Shown: one piece after another, positions 37,901-47,706 of the stretch
How the letters are laid out: every line of letters starts with the position of its first letter
Numbering within the stretch: the first letter of the stretch is position 1
Virus record (IMG/VR): IMGVR_UViG_3300008625_000012
Coordinates: 1-63,273 of that record
Strand: one strand, 5' to 3'
DNA from: a virus
Lineage: Duplodnaviria; Caudoviricetes
Length of the DNA stretch: 63,273 nt
Program-made: the position numbers and the translations under genes
The notes under the pieces: generated by a model
What the model saw: the letters and a program-made list of their open reading frames with translations, nothing else
Told to the model about the DNA's origin: nothing
Databases searched by the model: none

Positions 37901-40900
37901 TCCGTGACTGGGCGAAGGACAAGACGCTTATCAACGGACGGCCTGAGAGTATTTTCCGAAAAATAATCAGGTTCATCATGACCCTTGGCGGGCTGCTCTA
38001 CGACAACGGCGTAAGATCAGCAGAGGACATCTTCAACCTCATCGAAGAGGGCACCTTGGATGGAGGCCCCGCCACCACTGCTGGCCCCCCCGACATTGAG
38101 ACCGGCCCCAAGTTCTCCATCGCTGGCCCAGCCATCAAGTATGACGGCAAGGTCTACTCTGTAAAGAACCCCATCGCCAACCACAACCAGATAGACATTC
38201 CGGGCGTCGAGAGCGTCTTTGAGGCAGAGAAGAGCGGCAGGCCGTTTATTGAGGGCTTCATAACTGACCGGGGCAAGTTCATCAGGCGTGACGATGCGTT
38301 TGATGAAGCTGCCGTCAGTGGGCAACTGACCAAAGAAGGCCAGACGGCGCGGCGGTATATGCAGCACCCCGACCTCATCACGCCGTATATCCGGTTCAAC
38401 GATGAGAGTGACGCCAGTTATTCCATAGCGCCTAACTTTGACGCCCTTGGGTTCTCAAGTCAGGCGTATGAGGCGGTTCGCAACTTCGGTGAGGAGAGCG
38501 GCACCGGGAAGATGTGGAAGCAACATCTGGCTAAAAACGCCAAGCCAGCGGAGCTTGACACTATCGTCGGCCTTGAGGAGATGCTTGCTGGCGTCGAGGG
38601 GCGCATCAGCAAGAAAGACATGCTCGACTTCATCAACCAGCGTGGCCTGAAGCTGGATGAGGTTGTGTTGGGCACAAAGAAGTTTGAGCTGCCAGACGGC
38701 ATGAAGATCATTCCCTTCGGGAGCCTAAACGTAGAGCAGTTCGATAAAGTTAGTGATCTTGGCGGCTTTAGGGATGACCCAAGAACCGGCTTGGTTATAG
38801 AGGAATTTTACGTTTTTCAAGGTGGGCGCTATGTCACAAGTTACCCGACCCGTGCAAACGCTGAACAAGACCTTCATCAAGTCTTAGCGGGGAGCGGCGG
38901 CACCAAGTTCCGTCATTATACTCTCCCCGGAGGAAGGAGCCACAGAGAGTTCTACATAACCCTCCCCAGCCCAACCACATCGGATGAGTTCGCATCATTC
39001 AACACCACGATTAAGGATTGGCTGGTTCCACCCTCGCATCGTATTGAAGACGCAGAGGCCGACAACCGACTTGTTCTAAGGGTGCGTGTCAGTGATCGCA
39101 TTATTGACGGTAAGAGCGTCCTGTTTATAGAGGAGCTACAGGGAGACCGTCAGCAAGCGGCAAAGGTGAAGGGCGGGTTTCAGTTGGAGAAAACTTTCAA
39201 CGACCTGTCTCCAGCAGACCAGACGATCTACAACCGTATGCAAGAGCTGGAAAAGATTGGCGCTCGAACAAATCAACAAGAGCGCGATGAATATGTAGCC
39301 CTTGCAGAAGCCGCCGGTGTCACTCCCGCTAGAGGCTCTATCGCCATGCTTGAAGGCGAGAGCCGCATACCGCCTATCCCGTGGGAGAAAGACAGCGAGT
39401 GGGGCCGGTTGGGTATGAAGCGGGTGATAATGAAGGCGGTTGAAGAAGGCTACGACAGTGTCGCATGGACGCCGGGTGCAACCCAGATAAGCCGCTACGA
39501 AGGCTCCGGCCATGTCATCAACGATGTTTTGTTAATGAATATGTCTTCTAGCTTTTCCGCAGAAGACGTAAAAATCATCACCAAGAAAGTGCGTGACGAA
39601 GGGCCGACTACATATACGCTGTCTGTTGAGGGCGTTGCAGGTCTAGAAGAGCCTATTCGCGCCCACCTGCTTACGGACGGCACATGGATAACGGCGCACA
39701 CAAGGAAGTCGCTTACGCTGGGGAGTGATGTGCTTGAATTAGGGAGGGTGTCCTCAATAGAAGATGTTGAGGCCATAATCAGGCACATGCTCAATGAGGA
39801 GCCTGAATTTTCTGGCGATCATTACGCGGTGGTGATTACAGACGAAGTGGGCGTGGACGTCTCACTTCCTAACGGTGGTCACTATGCAACAGAGAATGAA
39901 ATACGTGCGTTCTTAGGCGGCAAGGTTGCCAATGAACTCTTCAGTGAAGAAAACAGGAAAAAACTGGACAACAAAGAGCATGTTGAACTTAACAACGCAG
40001 ACACCACCGTTGGCGGTAAGGGGCTGGTTCAGTTTTATGACGACATTCTCACTAGCATTGCAAATAAGATCGGCAAGCGGTTCGGTGCGAAAGTCAAGCG
40101 AGGACGCCTTGAACGCAGGGGCGGTGGAAAATTCGACGCAATCCCCGATGCCGTTAGGATGAAGCGTGAGATGTGGCGTCTCCCCATCCCCAAGAAAATG
40201 AGCGACACCGTCAAGAAGGAGGGCTTCGCCAAGTTCTCCATTGCTCCACCAATAAACACGCGGGGCTGGAAGGACTGGTGGAAAGACAGCAAGGCTGTTG
40301 ACGGTGACGGCAATCCTATGGAGATGTATCGCGGGCTGCGTAGATACCCACATGCTGCCGGTAGACCGGTGCAGAAAGGCATCAGGTCCACGGAGAGCTA
40401 CACCTCAAGTACAGATGTGGCTAACATCTATGCATCAAGCCAAACTGGCGAACATGAATACGCCTTCACCACGGGGTCAAACATTAGAAAGGCGTATCTG
40501 TCTGTCCAGAACCCACTCGATTGGGCGAACGCAAGCGGTGCAGCTATAAACTTAGAGACAGTGGCGTCTCAGCTTAAGCTGTACAACGAATATGGGCACA
40601 TTGACCTTGATGGGGCCAAGGCCATCGGTGAGATACTGGACGAGCTTTCAACGCGAGAAAATATGGGAGTGATCGAAGGTAACTTCACCGCAGGAACCAC
40701 GTATGGCCTTACTGCGATTGACACGGCAGAGGCCGCTCAAGAGACATTTGATGAGCTTGAAATAAATCTCAAAGAGGCCCACCGCGTCTATGACGAAGAC
40801 CCATCGGTAGCGAACGGTAAAAATGTCGATACTGCGTCTAGAGAAATTACTGACTTCATGATGGCCGTGGAAATAGACGCTTATATACTGGCCGACCTTG

Positions 40901-43900
40901 AGCAGGTAACAGACTTAGCCAAAGCCGCTGGCTATGATGGTATCAAGCATAACGACGTTATCAACGCTGGCCTGCGGAGAGGGCAGGCACTTTTGGGAAA
41001 ATCTCCAGAGGAGTTGGAGGGCGTGGAGAGGTCTGGCAATGATCGCATCAATGTGACATGGCGACCCTTCCATGACTTCCAGTCCAAGTCACCATTCATC
41101 GACACCTTTGAAAGCGGCGAACTGGAGGAGAGCGGTGAGGCTAAGTTCTCCATCAGAGGCCCCGCCATCAAATATAAAGGGCAAGTCTACTCCTCCTCAG
41201 ATGTGAACGCCTCACACTACGAAATAGAGCTACCGGAGGGCGTTGACGTCTGGGATGCTGAGATAACGGACCCAAGTTACAAAGAGGGGTTCATGACCTC
41301 CAAGGGTCGTTTTGTTACACGCGAACAGGCGTTCGAGGAGGCGCGTGTAAGCGGCCAGTTGAACGCTCATGGTATAAACGCCAGCAAGGCGTATACGCCA
41401 GCCCTAATCACACCGTATATCCACACAGAGTTTAGCGGCGGCAAGTTCTCGTTGTCAGCGCCGACCATGATGCGCTACGCGGTGGACGTCAGGCGTCCCG
41501 GCAAGAAGACTATCACCAGACAGTTTATGGCCCCCAGCCTCACGGAGGCGCAGAAGATCGCCTACGGGTCAACGGCCTTAAATCGCGGTGCGTCTGAGCT
41601 AGTCAATATTAGATTAGACGACCCGGCGTTTGATGAGGGCGGGCACAAGAAATCCATCCGTGGGTGGAGAAGAAAATGGGACGCTGGAAACGACCAAGAG
41701 AAATACTTGGACGCCACATCATTTATCCGCATGTCCTCACGGGAGGACGACACAGAAATACCCGGTGTGGAAAATGCCATCGGCAGGATTTATGTCGGCC
41801 CCGACCCGTACTCGCTTGTTCTTATGAAGGGTCACGCCGATGAGTTCGGCAACGGCTTTGGTCTGGACCACATCGTTGACAAACTTGAGCGGTTCGACGG
41901 CGGGGCAGAGGAGTTCCGCGACAAACTTACCCAGATGATTGACGCTATGGGGCAGAAGAAAGTTCGTCTGTTCCCCTACAGACCGCAAAACCGTGAGACG
42001 TCAAACAAGCTGGACTGGACAGTTCTCTGGAAAGACTACGACGGCGGCGGGACGCTCTACCGCATGGGCGTGGAGTTGTGGACATCAGACAAAGACAGGG
42101 TCACCTACGCAGCCATAACCACGTTCTTCCCGGTTGATGCCAAGGCAGAGGAGCGCGAGAGGGCGTCTCAGGCCAAAAGAGAGAGCAGCCGCCGCAGGAA
42201 AGAAGCGACGCAAGATCGCAAGAAGGGCGCAGCGCGGCGCTCTATAGCCCCCGCCATAGTTCCAGAAGGTGAGGTCGCCATAAGGGCCGTCTCGCGTGAG
42301 AAAAGCGGCATATACAAAGGCGCACCCATTGCCAGCGGTATGACCCCACGGGAAGTGACCAAGCTGGTCAATAAGCTCACCAAGCAAGCATTGTCTGAAG
42401 TGGCTGTGTATGAGGAAAGCCAGTACTGGTATGAGAACGCTGGCATGGTGATACGGACCCTCTCCTCTGGCAACCAGAAGGTCATGGAAGACATGTTGCG
42501 TATTGTCGCCTACCTGTCGGCTGACAACTCACTTGGTTCCAATATTGCCGCAGCAATAGATACCGCGTATGACATCGCCGTGAATGGGAATATGACTGTT
42601 GGGCGGGGAAGATACATAAACGTAGCCCTTGAGCGCCTCCCGTTGGCAATTGCCGCAGAAAAGTTCGACAGTAGGCTCGACGGTGTAAGCGACAAGGTTA
42701 TGTCCTTCTACAGGAACATGCGCGACCCGGCCTATGGCACTAATGATTTTGCTGGAGAAAGCACGCTTGATAAATGGATGCACCGGGCCTTCGGCTTCAA
42801 AGTAACTGGGGATGAGAAATTTACACCAACGCAATACGCCTTTGGCCGGATGGTCATGCAGCGTGTGGCGAATAAACTTTCCAAGAAATTAGGAAGAACC
42901 GTCTTGCCGCGCCAAGCTCAGGCCATGATATGGACGGCAGAGCGCAACAAGGATGTCGAGCCAGCCAACGCAACGATGGTCGGGTTTGAGCATTATTTTG
43001 ACCGCCACGATGCCGTAATCACATGGGAAGCCAACCCGTCAGTCGTGACTGATCTGTTCCCTGAGATTGCCAGCCAGCCGATGCATGTGCAGAAGGAGTT
43101 CGCCAAACAAGCGTATGAGCTTATTACATCCGGGGGGCAAGACATCCTGCTCCACAAGATCGGCGGCGCTCCACTATACGCATCCATGCCCGGAACAGGC
43201 GGCTACGCTGGGGATGTATCGCCAAACATCACCACACACGTTATGTTGCCGCGCTCTGCCGACAAGTCTTACGACACAACAGCCGCTGACTTGTATGCCG
43301 CTGTGATTGGATATATATACAATCAGAACGCGGTGGCATGGCATCGGGCAGACCCGACGCTTAAGGCCAGTGTGTCCAACGTTGGCGTAAGGGCAGTGGT
43401 TGAAAGCGGCAGTGTTGACCCGACAGAGCTTTACAGGTTCGTCCGCACCCACATGGCATCGTCTGACTTCTCGCTTGTTCCAACGCTGGACGGTAAGATG
43501 GAGTTCCGGTTCATAAACTTTAACTCAAAGACAAAAGACAACCCTGATGGGATGCCTGACAGGTCGTATGTTGCGGCCTTGGAAAAAGCCCTGAAGAGGT
43601 TCCCCGGAAACGTCACGTTCAGAATTAAAGATTTTAAGTCCACCGGCGGCTACATAGAAAACAACTGGCAGGAGGATAAAAATGGCGAAGGTTATAAACG
43701 ACGGATCAGCGAAGCCGGACGACCCGATCTACTCAACTGGGCCGATGGTCGGAGGCAAGCGTTTCACAAACTTGTTAAAGACTGGCAGGCAAAAATCGAC
43801 CCCAAAGCAGCCCTTAGCAGAGATGGTGGAAGAGATGTTAATCAGGGAGACGTCCAAGAAATCCAACTCCCGCCGATAGAGCCTGACGGCACTGTCAGGC

Positions 43901-46900
43901 TCACCCACTGGAGCGAGAGCGAAAAGATCAAGAACGTGCTTCCCAAGAGGCACGGCACAGGCGTCCCCGGCGAAGAAAGTCGTCGCAAGCGCACATACCC
44001 CAAAGAGTGGGTAGACCGCTCATACTACGGCGTCGGCGTCGGCAAGCCCGGTGGCTACAAGAAAGAATTAAAGCTGGGGAGCGAGACGTATGTGGGGTAT
44101 GTCCCGTTTGAGAAATTATATGACATCAACGGTGACGATGGCGTTTCCCCCGGCAGTATCAAGGCCAAGGCAGCGGCCAAGTGGGGTAATGACGTTGGCG
44201 GTAGGATAACTGAGGTTGAGAAGCTGGCGAAGGCCGCTGGCTACCACGGTTACTGGGGCCACCACCCCAACGGCATTGTCGCAGCAATGTTCAGGCCGCT
44301 GAAGGTCGAGAAGACAGAGCCGGAAGGCAAGTTCTCCATTGCCCCGCCAATAGACAGCGCGGCGTTCTGGAGCTGGTTTTCGGAGAGCGAGGTCATGAAC
44401 GAAGACGGCACTCCATTGCTGCTCTACCACGGCACCCCGAAGGACTTTGATGAGTTCGATACGGATATTATTTTCTTCTCTGAAAGCCCAGCGGTGGCTG
44501 AGTTTTTTGCTGACCTCCACATGGAAAATCGGGAAAACACCGAGGACGCGCAGCGGATTATCCCCGCGTATCTGTCAGTTCAGAAGCTGTGGGATTTCCG
44601 CAAGGAAGAACACATAGACCTAATCAGGGAGTGGGCAAACGACCAAGAGGAACTTGTCGGGCAGGAGGGCTACGCCAAGCTACTTATAAGAGACGCCTCA
44701 AGGGGCGACTGGGACACAATTGAAGACCCTGATTTCTTGGATTTCATACGGGAGAGGGGGTTTGACGGCTTCACCGTTATAGAGATCAACTCTAACTTTG
44801 CTGATACGCTTGAAGCGGACGACCCAAGGCGGAGCTTCTTGGCCGTCAACTACGGAGTTTTCTCGCCCTCTCAGGTCAAGTCTCCGTTCAACGAAGACTT
44901 CGACGTGAATGACCTCAAGCACTCCATTGCCCCGCCCCGCAACAGGACGGCACCACCGCCATCCGCTCCAGCCGCGCCTCCTGCCCCCCCAACCCAGCCC
45001 GCCACTGTTGATGAGGATGCATTTATAAGAAGTTTCACTGAGGCCGACAGGACGATCTGGAAAAGAATGAAAAACGCCATAAAGAGGCAGCTTGCTCCGG
45101 GCGGCGTTCTTCCAAGGATTGCCTTCGATCTGAAGCTGTTCCGCGACAGTAAATTACGTGTGGTGGACGACATCGCAGCGCGGACGCTAAGAACGATGGA
45201 GGTCGCAATGAAAAGGGTCTTCCGCAGGCCCTATGAAAAACTTACTGATGAGGAACTGATTGCCATTAACTCCGCGCTGCGTGGAGACAGCCTTGGTGAT
45301 TTACCGGTTCCGATCAAAGAGGCTGTGGCAAAGATGCGCTTGGACATCGACGCCATGTCTGATGAGTTCATCGCTATCATGGAGGCCGACATCGCTGAAC
45401 TGGAGGCTCAGAACAACCCTGACGCCGCTGCGAGGGCGCAGCTTCTCAGGGATGTTGTGGTTGGGAACAAGGGTGAATATCTCACGCGCTCATATAAGAT
45501 GTTCGATGACCCCACATGGTTCAGTAAAATACCAGAAGGCGTGCTGCGTACGGCCCACCGGTATCTTGTCACGCAGAACGGTGGTGATGTTGAGGCAGCC
45601 AGCCGTGTATTATCGACGCTGGTGAAGGGCGACAGAACGGCCTACATCGGAGTGTCGGCGCTCATAAAAGAAAGCACTCTTGGCGCAAAAGACCTGACCA
45701 TCCTCATGAAGCGAAAGAATATTGCCCCGGAAATACGGGCGGTGATGGGCGAATACACTGACCCGATGCACAACTATGCCCGGACAATGTTGAAGATGTC
45801 CCGGCTCATCTATAACACCAACTTCCTCAACAGCCTCAAGGAGGCTGGGCTTGGTGAGTTCATGTGGGAAGAGAACGAACGCCCAGCAGAGGCGACGGTT
45901 CAGATGGCTGGCACCAACTCCAAGGTTCTTGAGCCGCTAAACAATCTCTGGACAACGCCAGAGGTCAAAGCCGCGTTCAAGGATATTCTGGGTAAGTACA
46001 ATCTCCCCAACTGGATTGGAAACTTAGTCGGCTTGAACGGCGTGGTGAAGGCGGGCAAGATTGTTTACTCGCCGCCCACACAGATCAGAAACGTTCTATC
46101 CGCCACGTTCTTCGGTATCATGGGTGGCGGGGTAAAAGTGAAGGAGATTATCCCGGCAGCAGCCATGATCTGGGACCAGATAAACGCCAGAGAGGGAAAC
46201 AGGGCGGCGGCGTATCGCCACTATGTGGACGTCGGCCTGTTGCAGGATAACCCCAACGCTGGCTTGGTGCAGGACTTGATGCAAGACGGAAGCAGTCTTC
46301 TTTCTGCGCTTGAGTGGAAGATGGAGAGCGTGCTTGGTGAAAAGACAGCCGCGACCATAACCGGCAAGGCAAAGAAATTTAACAAGATTGTCACCAACTT
46401 CTATCGTGGCGGCGATGATGTGTGGAAGATCATTATCTTTGAAAGCCAGCTTGCCGATTACATGAACGCCACTGGCATGGCCCGTGAAGAAGCAGAGCCG
46501 ATTGTTGCGAAGCGCGTCAGGGACACGGTGCCCACCTATTCACTGGTCGGCCCCGGCATGAAGCGTCTTGGTAGGTTCCCGCTTCTTGGGCCGTTCGTGG
46601 CGTTCTCTTCTGAGGTCATACGCACCAATAAGAACAACCTCAAACTGATCGCATCAGACCTTAAAGACCCGCGCCTCAAGCGGCTGGCCTACAAGCGTAT
46701 TATCGGAACAATAGTCGCTCACGCATGGGCCAAGGCGCTTATGACCTTATCGCTGACCGCGTTCGGCATCAGTGACGACGAGGAAGAAAGTGTGCGGCGG
46801 CTAGGTGTTGGGCCGTGGTCGAAAAACGCTGACTTATTGTTCTTGGGGCGTGACAAAAACGGCCAGCTTGAGACAGTCGATTTGTCGTTTGTTGACCCAT

Positions 46901-47706
46901 ACAATATTTTCCACAAGCCACTCACAGCCATTCTTCGTAACCAGCCTTGGGAAACAGGCTTTGCGGAAGCTGTGGCCGAGACATTCATGCCGTTCGTGCA
47001 GCCTGATATTGCTGCCAGCGCAATCTACGAGGCAGTGTCTAACCAGAAGATACGTAGTGGTGCGCCAATATATAACTCGGAGGCACCGGGCAGCGAACAG
47101 GCGGCGGCAATCGCTGAACATCTGTTCTTCCAGATGGGTCCGGGCGTTCTCCTGCCGACACGTAAAATAGTGAAGGCCCTGAAGGGTGACCGCGACCCAA
47201 CCGGAAGAACGTATGATATGAACAACGAGGTTATGGGGATGTTCGGCCTTCGGATTAAAACGTTCGACCCGAAGTATTCTCTGTATTTCAGGGTGGGGGA
47301 TTTCACTGAGGCTTTGGGTAAGGCCAACTCGTATCTCTACAACGTGGCGGCTGATATAGACCCGGTGTCGTCTGGGGATTTAGAGGAAGCCTTCTCGCAA
47401 GCCAACAAGATACGCCTACGTGCCTACGACGACATGGCTGAGATTATCAGCGCGGCAAAAAGCACCGGGCTTAGTTACAATGACATCAAGAGGGTTTTAC
47501 AGGTGTCTGGCGTATCGAAGAAATACGCCAATGCGTTGGCCCGTGGCAAGGAAGCGCCCAAGTGGAAGATCGGGAAGACCTTCCTCAAGGGCGCTACCAA
47601 GCGTGCCAAGTTGTTGATCGATAGAGAGACCGCTACTGAGCTGCGGAAACGACGTCGGGCTGTAAAATCTTTTGCACGGACGTCGCAGCGGCAAACTCTT
47701 CAATAA
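34948..47706 (+). CDS. giant (4252 aa) polyvalent ejection protein: HExxH metallopeptidase, ADP-ribosyltransferase-like and other effector cassettes
   Basis: G/A-rich N-terminal hydrophobic region; HEQIH 37615-37629 with downstream EEAVAE; PLLLYHGT..FFS..AYLS..GFDG..QVKS ART signature; repeated KFSI linkers; last gene of the structural arm. Confidence 0.85.
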   Translation: MQRYEIDGVGLMDFPDEMSEEDIAATIETEILPSADLENPDPEMVALRPDLFPDINRGSLFGGIGSGAERLSRVPENIGAAVGRDEEDLFSLKDQMAADDQDHIYRANLDDAVGQFQRGDYTGSASTFFLDIIPQTLGESLPDLGIMASGAFAGAKAGAVFGAPGAAIGAAVGGILAGTPSFVGQHVERQVREGNITDPEDIDTASAVGTGVVSAALEYAIFPILARTPGIRALKPETISAMLKRGANLLSTKEGAKILGKASLIGGATETVTETGQQVLERAQAGLTIDPEDEQALGEYIESAVLGGALGMIFGAGAGTFGVARTRKAGHAFNEMAEEQRIELEAAAAEAERRRAIGLGIIPNQEILSLTARPELMPDTDLMPVEDGDRDLNMSEAVEGGVNRTEAQFKRDADQRLIDEAMDPKNENQTPEQANAASLFKAARESLHGMRFTPAELETAGASNIAQAVADMEAGQGNLTVEQDGFTIEELEEQGRVRGVDPEVLSGELQALRQLRRPETERVNNVTEPEIIELAKEKNVLTGTKSFDALVKYVTGADRLSKASPFRLALMRDTLRRVAPFETLDNLLDVREENYTHEDFNRAVQIVLNNKQGKGKTPKFNRAELKRNFPDLNMKDIAQIREEMIRIGLVRQSDGRVTHELMRPEFIPPTTPVKGPTPIIEEGREVDYEVRGSDGKHVVVAKERTPDPTKTGKIQETHIPFEEVISIHDDADGAELAAHKYRNGLSSVNPDGTYAKREDDAGLTDVDLRSTTPTEKEVRQYKAWKDRTGRAGVRLTSQQVKNITEALNNNKTQQLLAAVGINAEVVQDLSRFLTQEEKDADVRSPEGAWDSNNEVILLAIDTAIDGLGNSITEEALEQAAMENLARVLSHEQIHALREKKIISEDDFRVLKRYVEKTRRPPELSAHLGWTPGVLPNMTYLEEARIVYAGEVAKNVTRLKARGKSRAEIKRYNEDFLREEAVAEAFRDWAKDKTLINGRPESIFRKIIRFIMTLGGLLYDNGVRSAEDIFNLIEEGTLDGGPATTAGPPDIETGPKFSIAGPAIKYDGKVYSVKNPIANHNQIDIPGVESVFEAEKSGRPFIEGFITDRGKFIRRDDAFDEAAVSGQLTKEGQTARRYMQHPDLITPYIRFNDESDASYSIAPNFDALGFSSQAYEAVRNFGEESGTGKMWKQHLAKNAKPAELDTIVGLEEMLAGVEGRISKKDMLDFINQRGLKLDEVVLGTKKFELPDGMKIIPFGSLNVEQFDKVSDLGGFRDDPRTGLVIEEFYVFQGGRYVTSYPTRANAEQDLHQVLAGSGGTKFRHYTLPGGRSHREFYITLPSPTTSDEFASFNTTIKDWLVPPSHRIEDAEADNRLVLRVRVSDRIIDGKSVLFIEELQGDRQQAAKVKGGFQLEKTFNDLSPADQTIYNRMQELEKIGARTNQQERDEYVALAEAAGVTPARGSIAMLEGESRIPPIPWEKDSEWGRLGMKRVIMKAVEEGYDSVAWTPGATQISRYEGSGHVINDVLLMNMSSSFSAEDVKIITKKVRDEGPTTYTLSVEGVAGLEEPIRAHLLTDGTWITAHTRKSLTLGSDVLELGRVSSIEDVEAIIRHMLNEEPEFSGDHYAVVITDEVGVDVSLPNGGHYATENEIRAFLGGKVANELFSEENRKKLDNKEHVELNNADTTVGGKGLVQFYDDILTSIANKIGKRFGAKVKRGRLERRGGGKFDAIPDAVRMKREMWRLPIPKKMSDTVKKEGFAKFSIAPPINTRGWKDWWKDSKAVDGDGNPMEMYRGLRRYPHAAGRPVQKGIRSTESYTSSTDVANIYASSQTGEHEYAFTTGSNIRKAYLSVQNPLDWANASGAAINLETVASQLKLYNEYGHIDLDGAKAIGEILDELSTRENMGVIEGNFTAGTTYGLTAIDTAEAAQETFDELEINLKEAHRVYDEDPSVANGKNVDTASREITDFMMAVEIDAYILADLEQVTDLAKAAGYDGIKHNDVINAGLRRGQALLGKSPEELEGVERSGNDRINVTWRPFHDFQSKSPFIDTFESGELEESGEAKFSIRGPAIKYKGQVYSSSDVNASHYEIELPEGVDVWDAEITDPSYKEGFMTSKGRFVTREQAFEEARVSGQLNAHGINASKAYTPALITPYIHTEFSGGKFSLSAPTMMRYAVDVRRPGKKTITRQFMAPSLTEAQKIAYGSTALNRGASELVNIRLDDPAFDEGGHKKSIRGWRRKWDAGNDQEKYLDATSFIRMSSREDDTEIPGVENAIGRIYVGPDPYSLVLMKGHADEFGNGFGLDHIVDKLERFDGGAEEFRDKLTQMIDAMGQKKVRLFPYRPQNRETSNKLDWTVLWKDYDGGGTLYRMGVELWTSDKDRVTYAAITTFFPVDAKAEERERASQAKRESSRRRKEATQDRKKGAARRSIAPAIVPEGEVAIRAVSREKSGIYKGAPIASGMTPREVTKLVNKLTKQALSEVAVYEESQYWYENAGMVIRTLSSGNQKVMEDMLRIVAYLSADNSLGSNIAAAIDTAYDIAVNGNMTVGRGRYINVALERLPLAIAAEKFDSRLDGVSDKVMSFYRNMRDPAYGTNDFAGESTLDKWMHRAFGFKVTGDEKFTPTQYAFGRMVMQRVANKLSKKLGRTVLPRQAQAMIWTAERNKDVEPANATMVGFEHYFDRHDAVITWEANPSVVTDLFPEIASQPMHVQKEFAKQAYELITSGGQDILLHKIGGAPLYASMPGTGGYAGDVSPNITTHVMLPRSADKSYDTTAADLYAAVIGYIYNQNAVAWHRADPTLKASVSNVGVRAVVESGSVDPTELYRFVRTHMASSDFSLVPTLDGKMEFRFINFNSKTKDNPDGMPDRSYVAALEKALKRFPGNVTFRIKDFKSTGGYIENNWQEDKNGEGYKRRISEAGRPDLLNWADGRRQAFHKLVKDWQAKIDPKAALSRDGGRDVNQGDVQEIQLPPIEPDGTVRLTHWSESEKIKNVLPKRHGTGVPGEESRRKRTYPKEWVDRSYYGVGVGKPGGYKKELKLGSETYVGYVPFEKLYDINGDDGVSPGSIKAKAAAKWGNDVGGRITEVEKLAKAAGYHGYWGHHPNGIVAAMFRPLKVEKTEPEGKFSIAPPIDSAAFWSWFSESEVMNEDGTPLLLYHGTPKDFDEFDTDIIFFSESPAVAEFFADLHMENRENTEDAQRIIPAYLSVQKLWDFRKEEHIDLIREWANDQEELVGQEGYAKLLIRDASRGDWDTIEDPDFLDFIRERGFDGFTVIEINSNFADTLEADDPRRSFLAVNYGVFSPSQVKSPFNEDFDVNDLKHSIAPPRNRTAPPPSAPAAPPAPPTQPATVDEDAFIRSFTEADRTIWKRMKNAIKRQLAPGGVLPRIAFDLKLFRDSKLRVVDDIAARTLRTMEVAMKRVFRRPYEKLTDEELIAINSALRGDSLGDLPVPIKEAVAKMRLDIDAMSDEFIAIMEADIAELEAQNNPDAAARAQLLRDVVVGNKGEYLTRSYKMFDDPTWFSKIPEGVLRTAHRYLVTQNGGDVEAASRVLSTLVKGDRTAYIGVSALIKESTLGAKDLTILMKRKNIAPEIRAVMGEYTDPMHNYARTMLKMSRLIYNTNFLNSLKEAGLGEFMWEENERPAEATVQMAGTNSKVLEPLNNLWTTPEVKAAFKDILGKYNLPNWIGNLVGLNGVVKAGKIVYSPPTQIRNVLSATFFGIMGGGVKVKEIIPAAAMIWDQINAREGNRAAAYRHYVDVGLLQDNPNAGLVQDLMQDGSSLLSALEWKMESVLGEKTAATITGKAKKFNKIVTNFYRGGDDVWKIIIFESQLADYMNATGMAREEAEPIVAKRVRDTVPTYSLVGPGMKRLGRFPLLGPFVAFSSEVIRTNKNNLKLIASDLKDPRLKRLAYKRIIGTIVAHAWAKALMTLSLTAFGISDDEEESVRRLGVGPWSKNADLLFLGRDKNGQLETVDLSFVDPYNIFHKPLTAILRNQPWETGFAEAVAETFMPFVQPDIAASAIYEAVSNQKIRSGAPIYNSEAPGSEQAAAIAEHLFFQMGPGVLLPTRKIVKALKGDRDPTGRTYDMNNEVMGMFGLRIKTFDPKYSLYFRVGDFTEALGKANSYLYNVAADIDPVSSGDLEEAFSQANKIRLRAYDDMAEIISAAKSTGLSYNDIKRVLQVSGVSKKYANALARGKEAPKWKIGKTFLKGATKRAKLLIDRETATELRKRRRAVKSFARTSQRQTLQ
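38110..44937 (+). repeat. nine copies of a (K/R/S)-(F/Y/K/H/R)-S-(I/L) linker, mostly followed by A-P, in the giant protein
   Basis: codon starts 38110 KFSIAGP, 38416 SYSIAP, 40231 KFSIAPP, 41143 KFSIRGP, 41443 KFSLSAP, 41647 KKSIRG, 42235 RRSIAP, 44329 KFSIAPP, 44917 KHSIAPP; DNA AAGTTCTCCAT in four copies. Confidence 0.8.
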
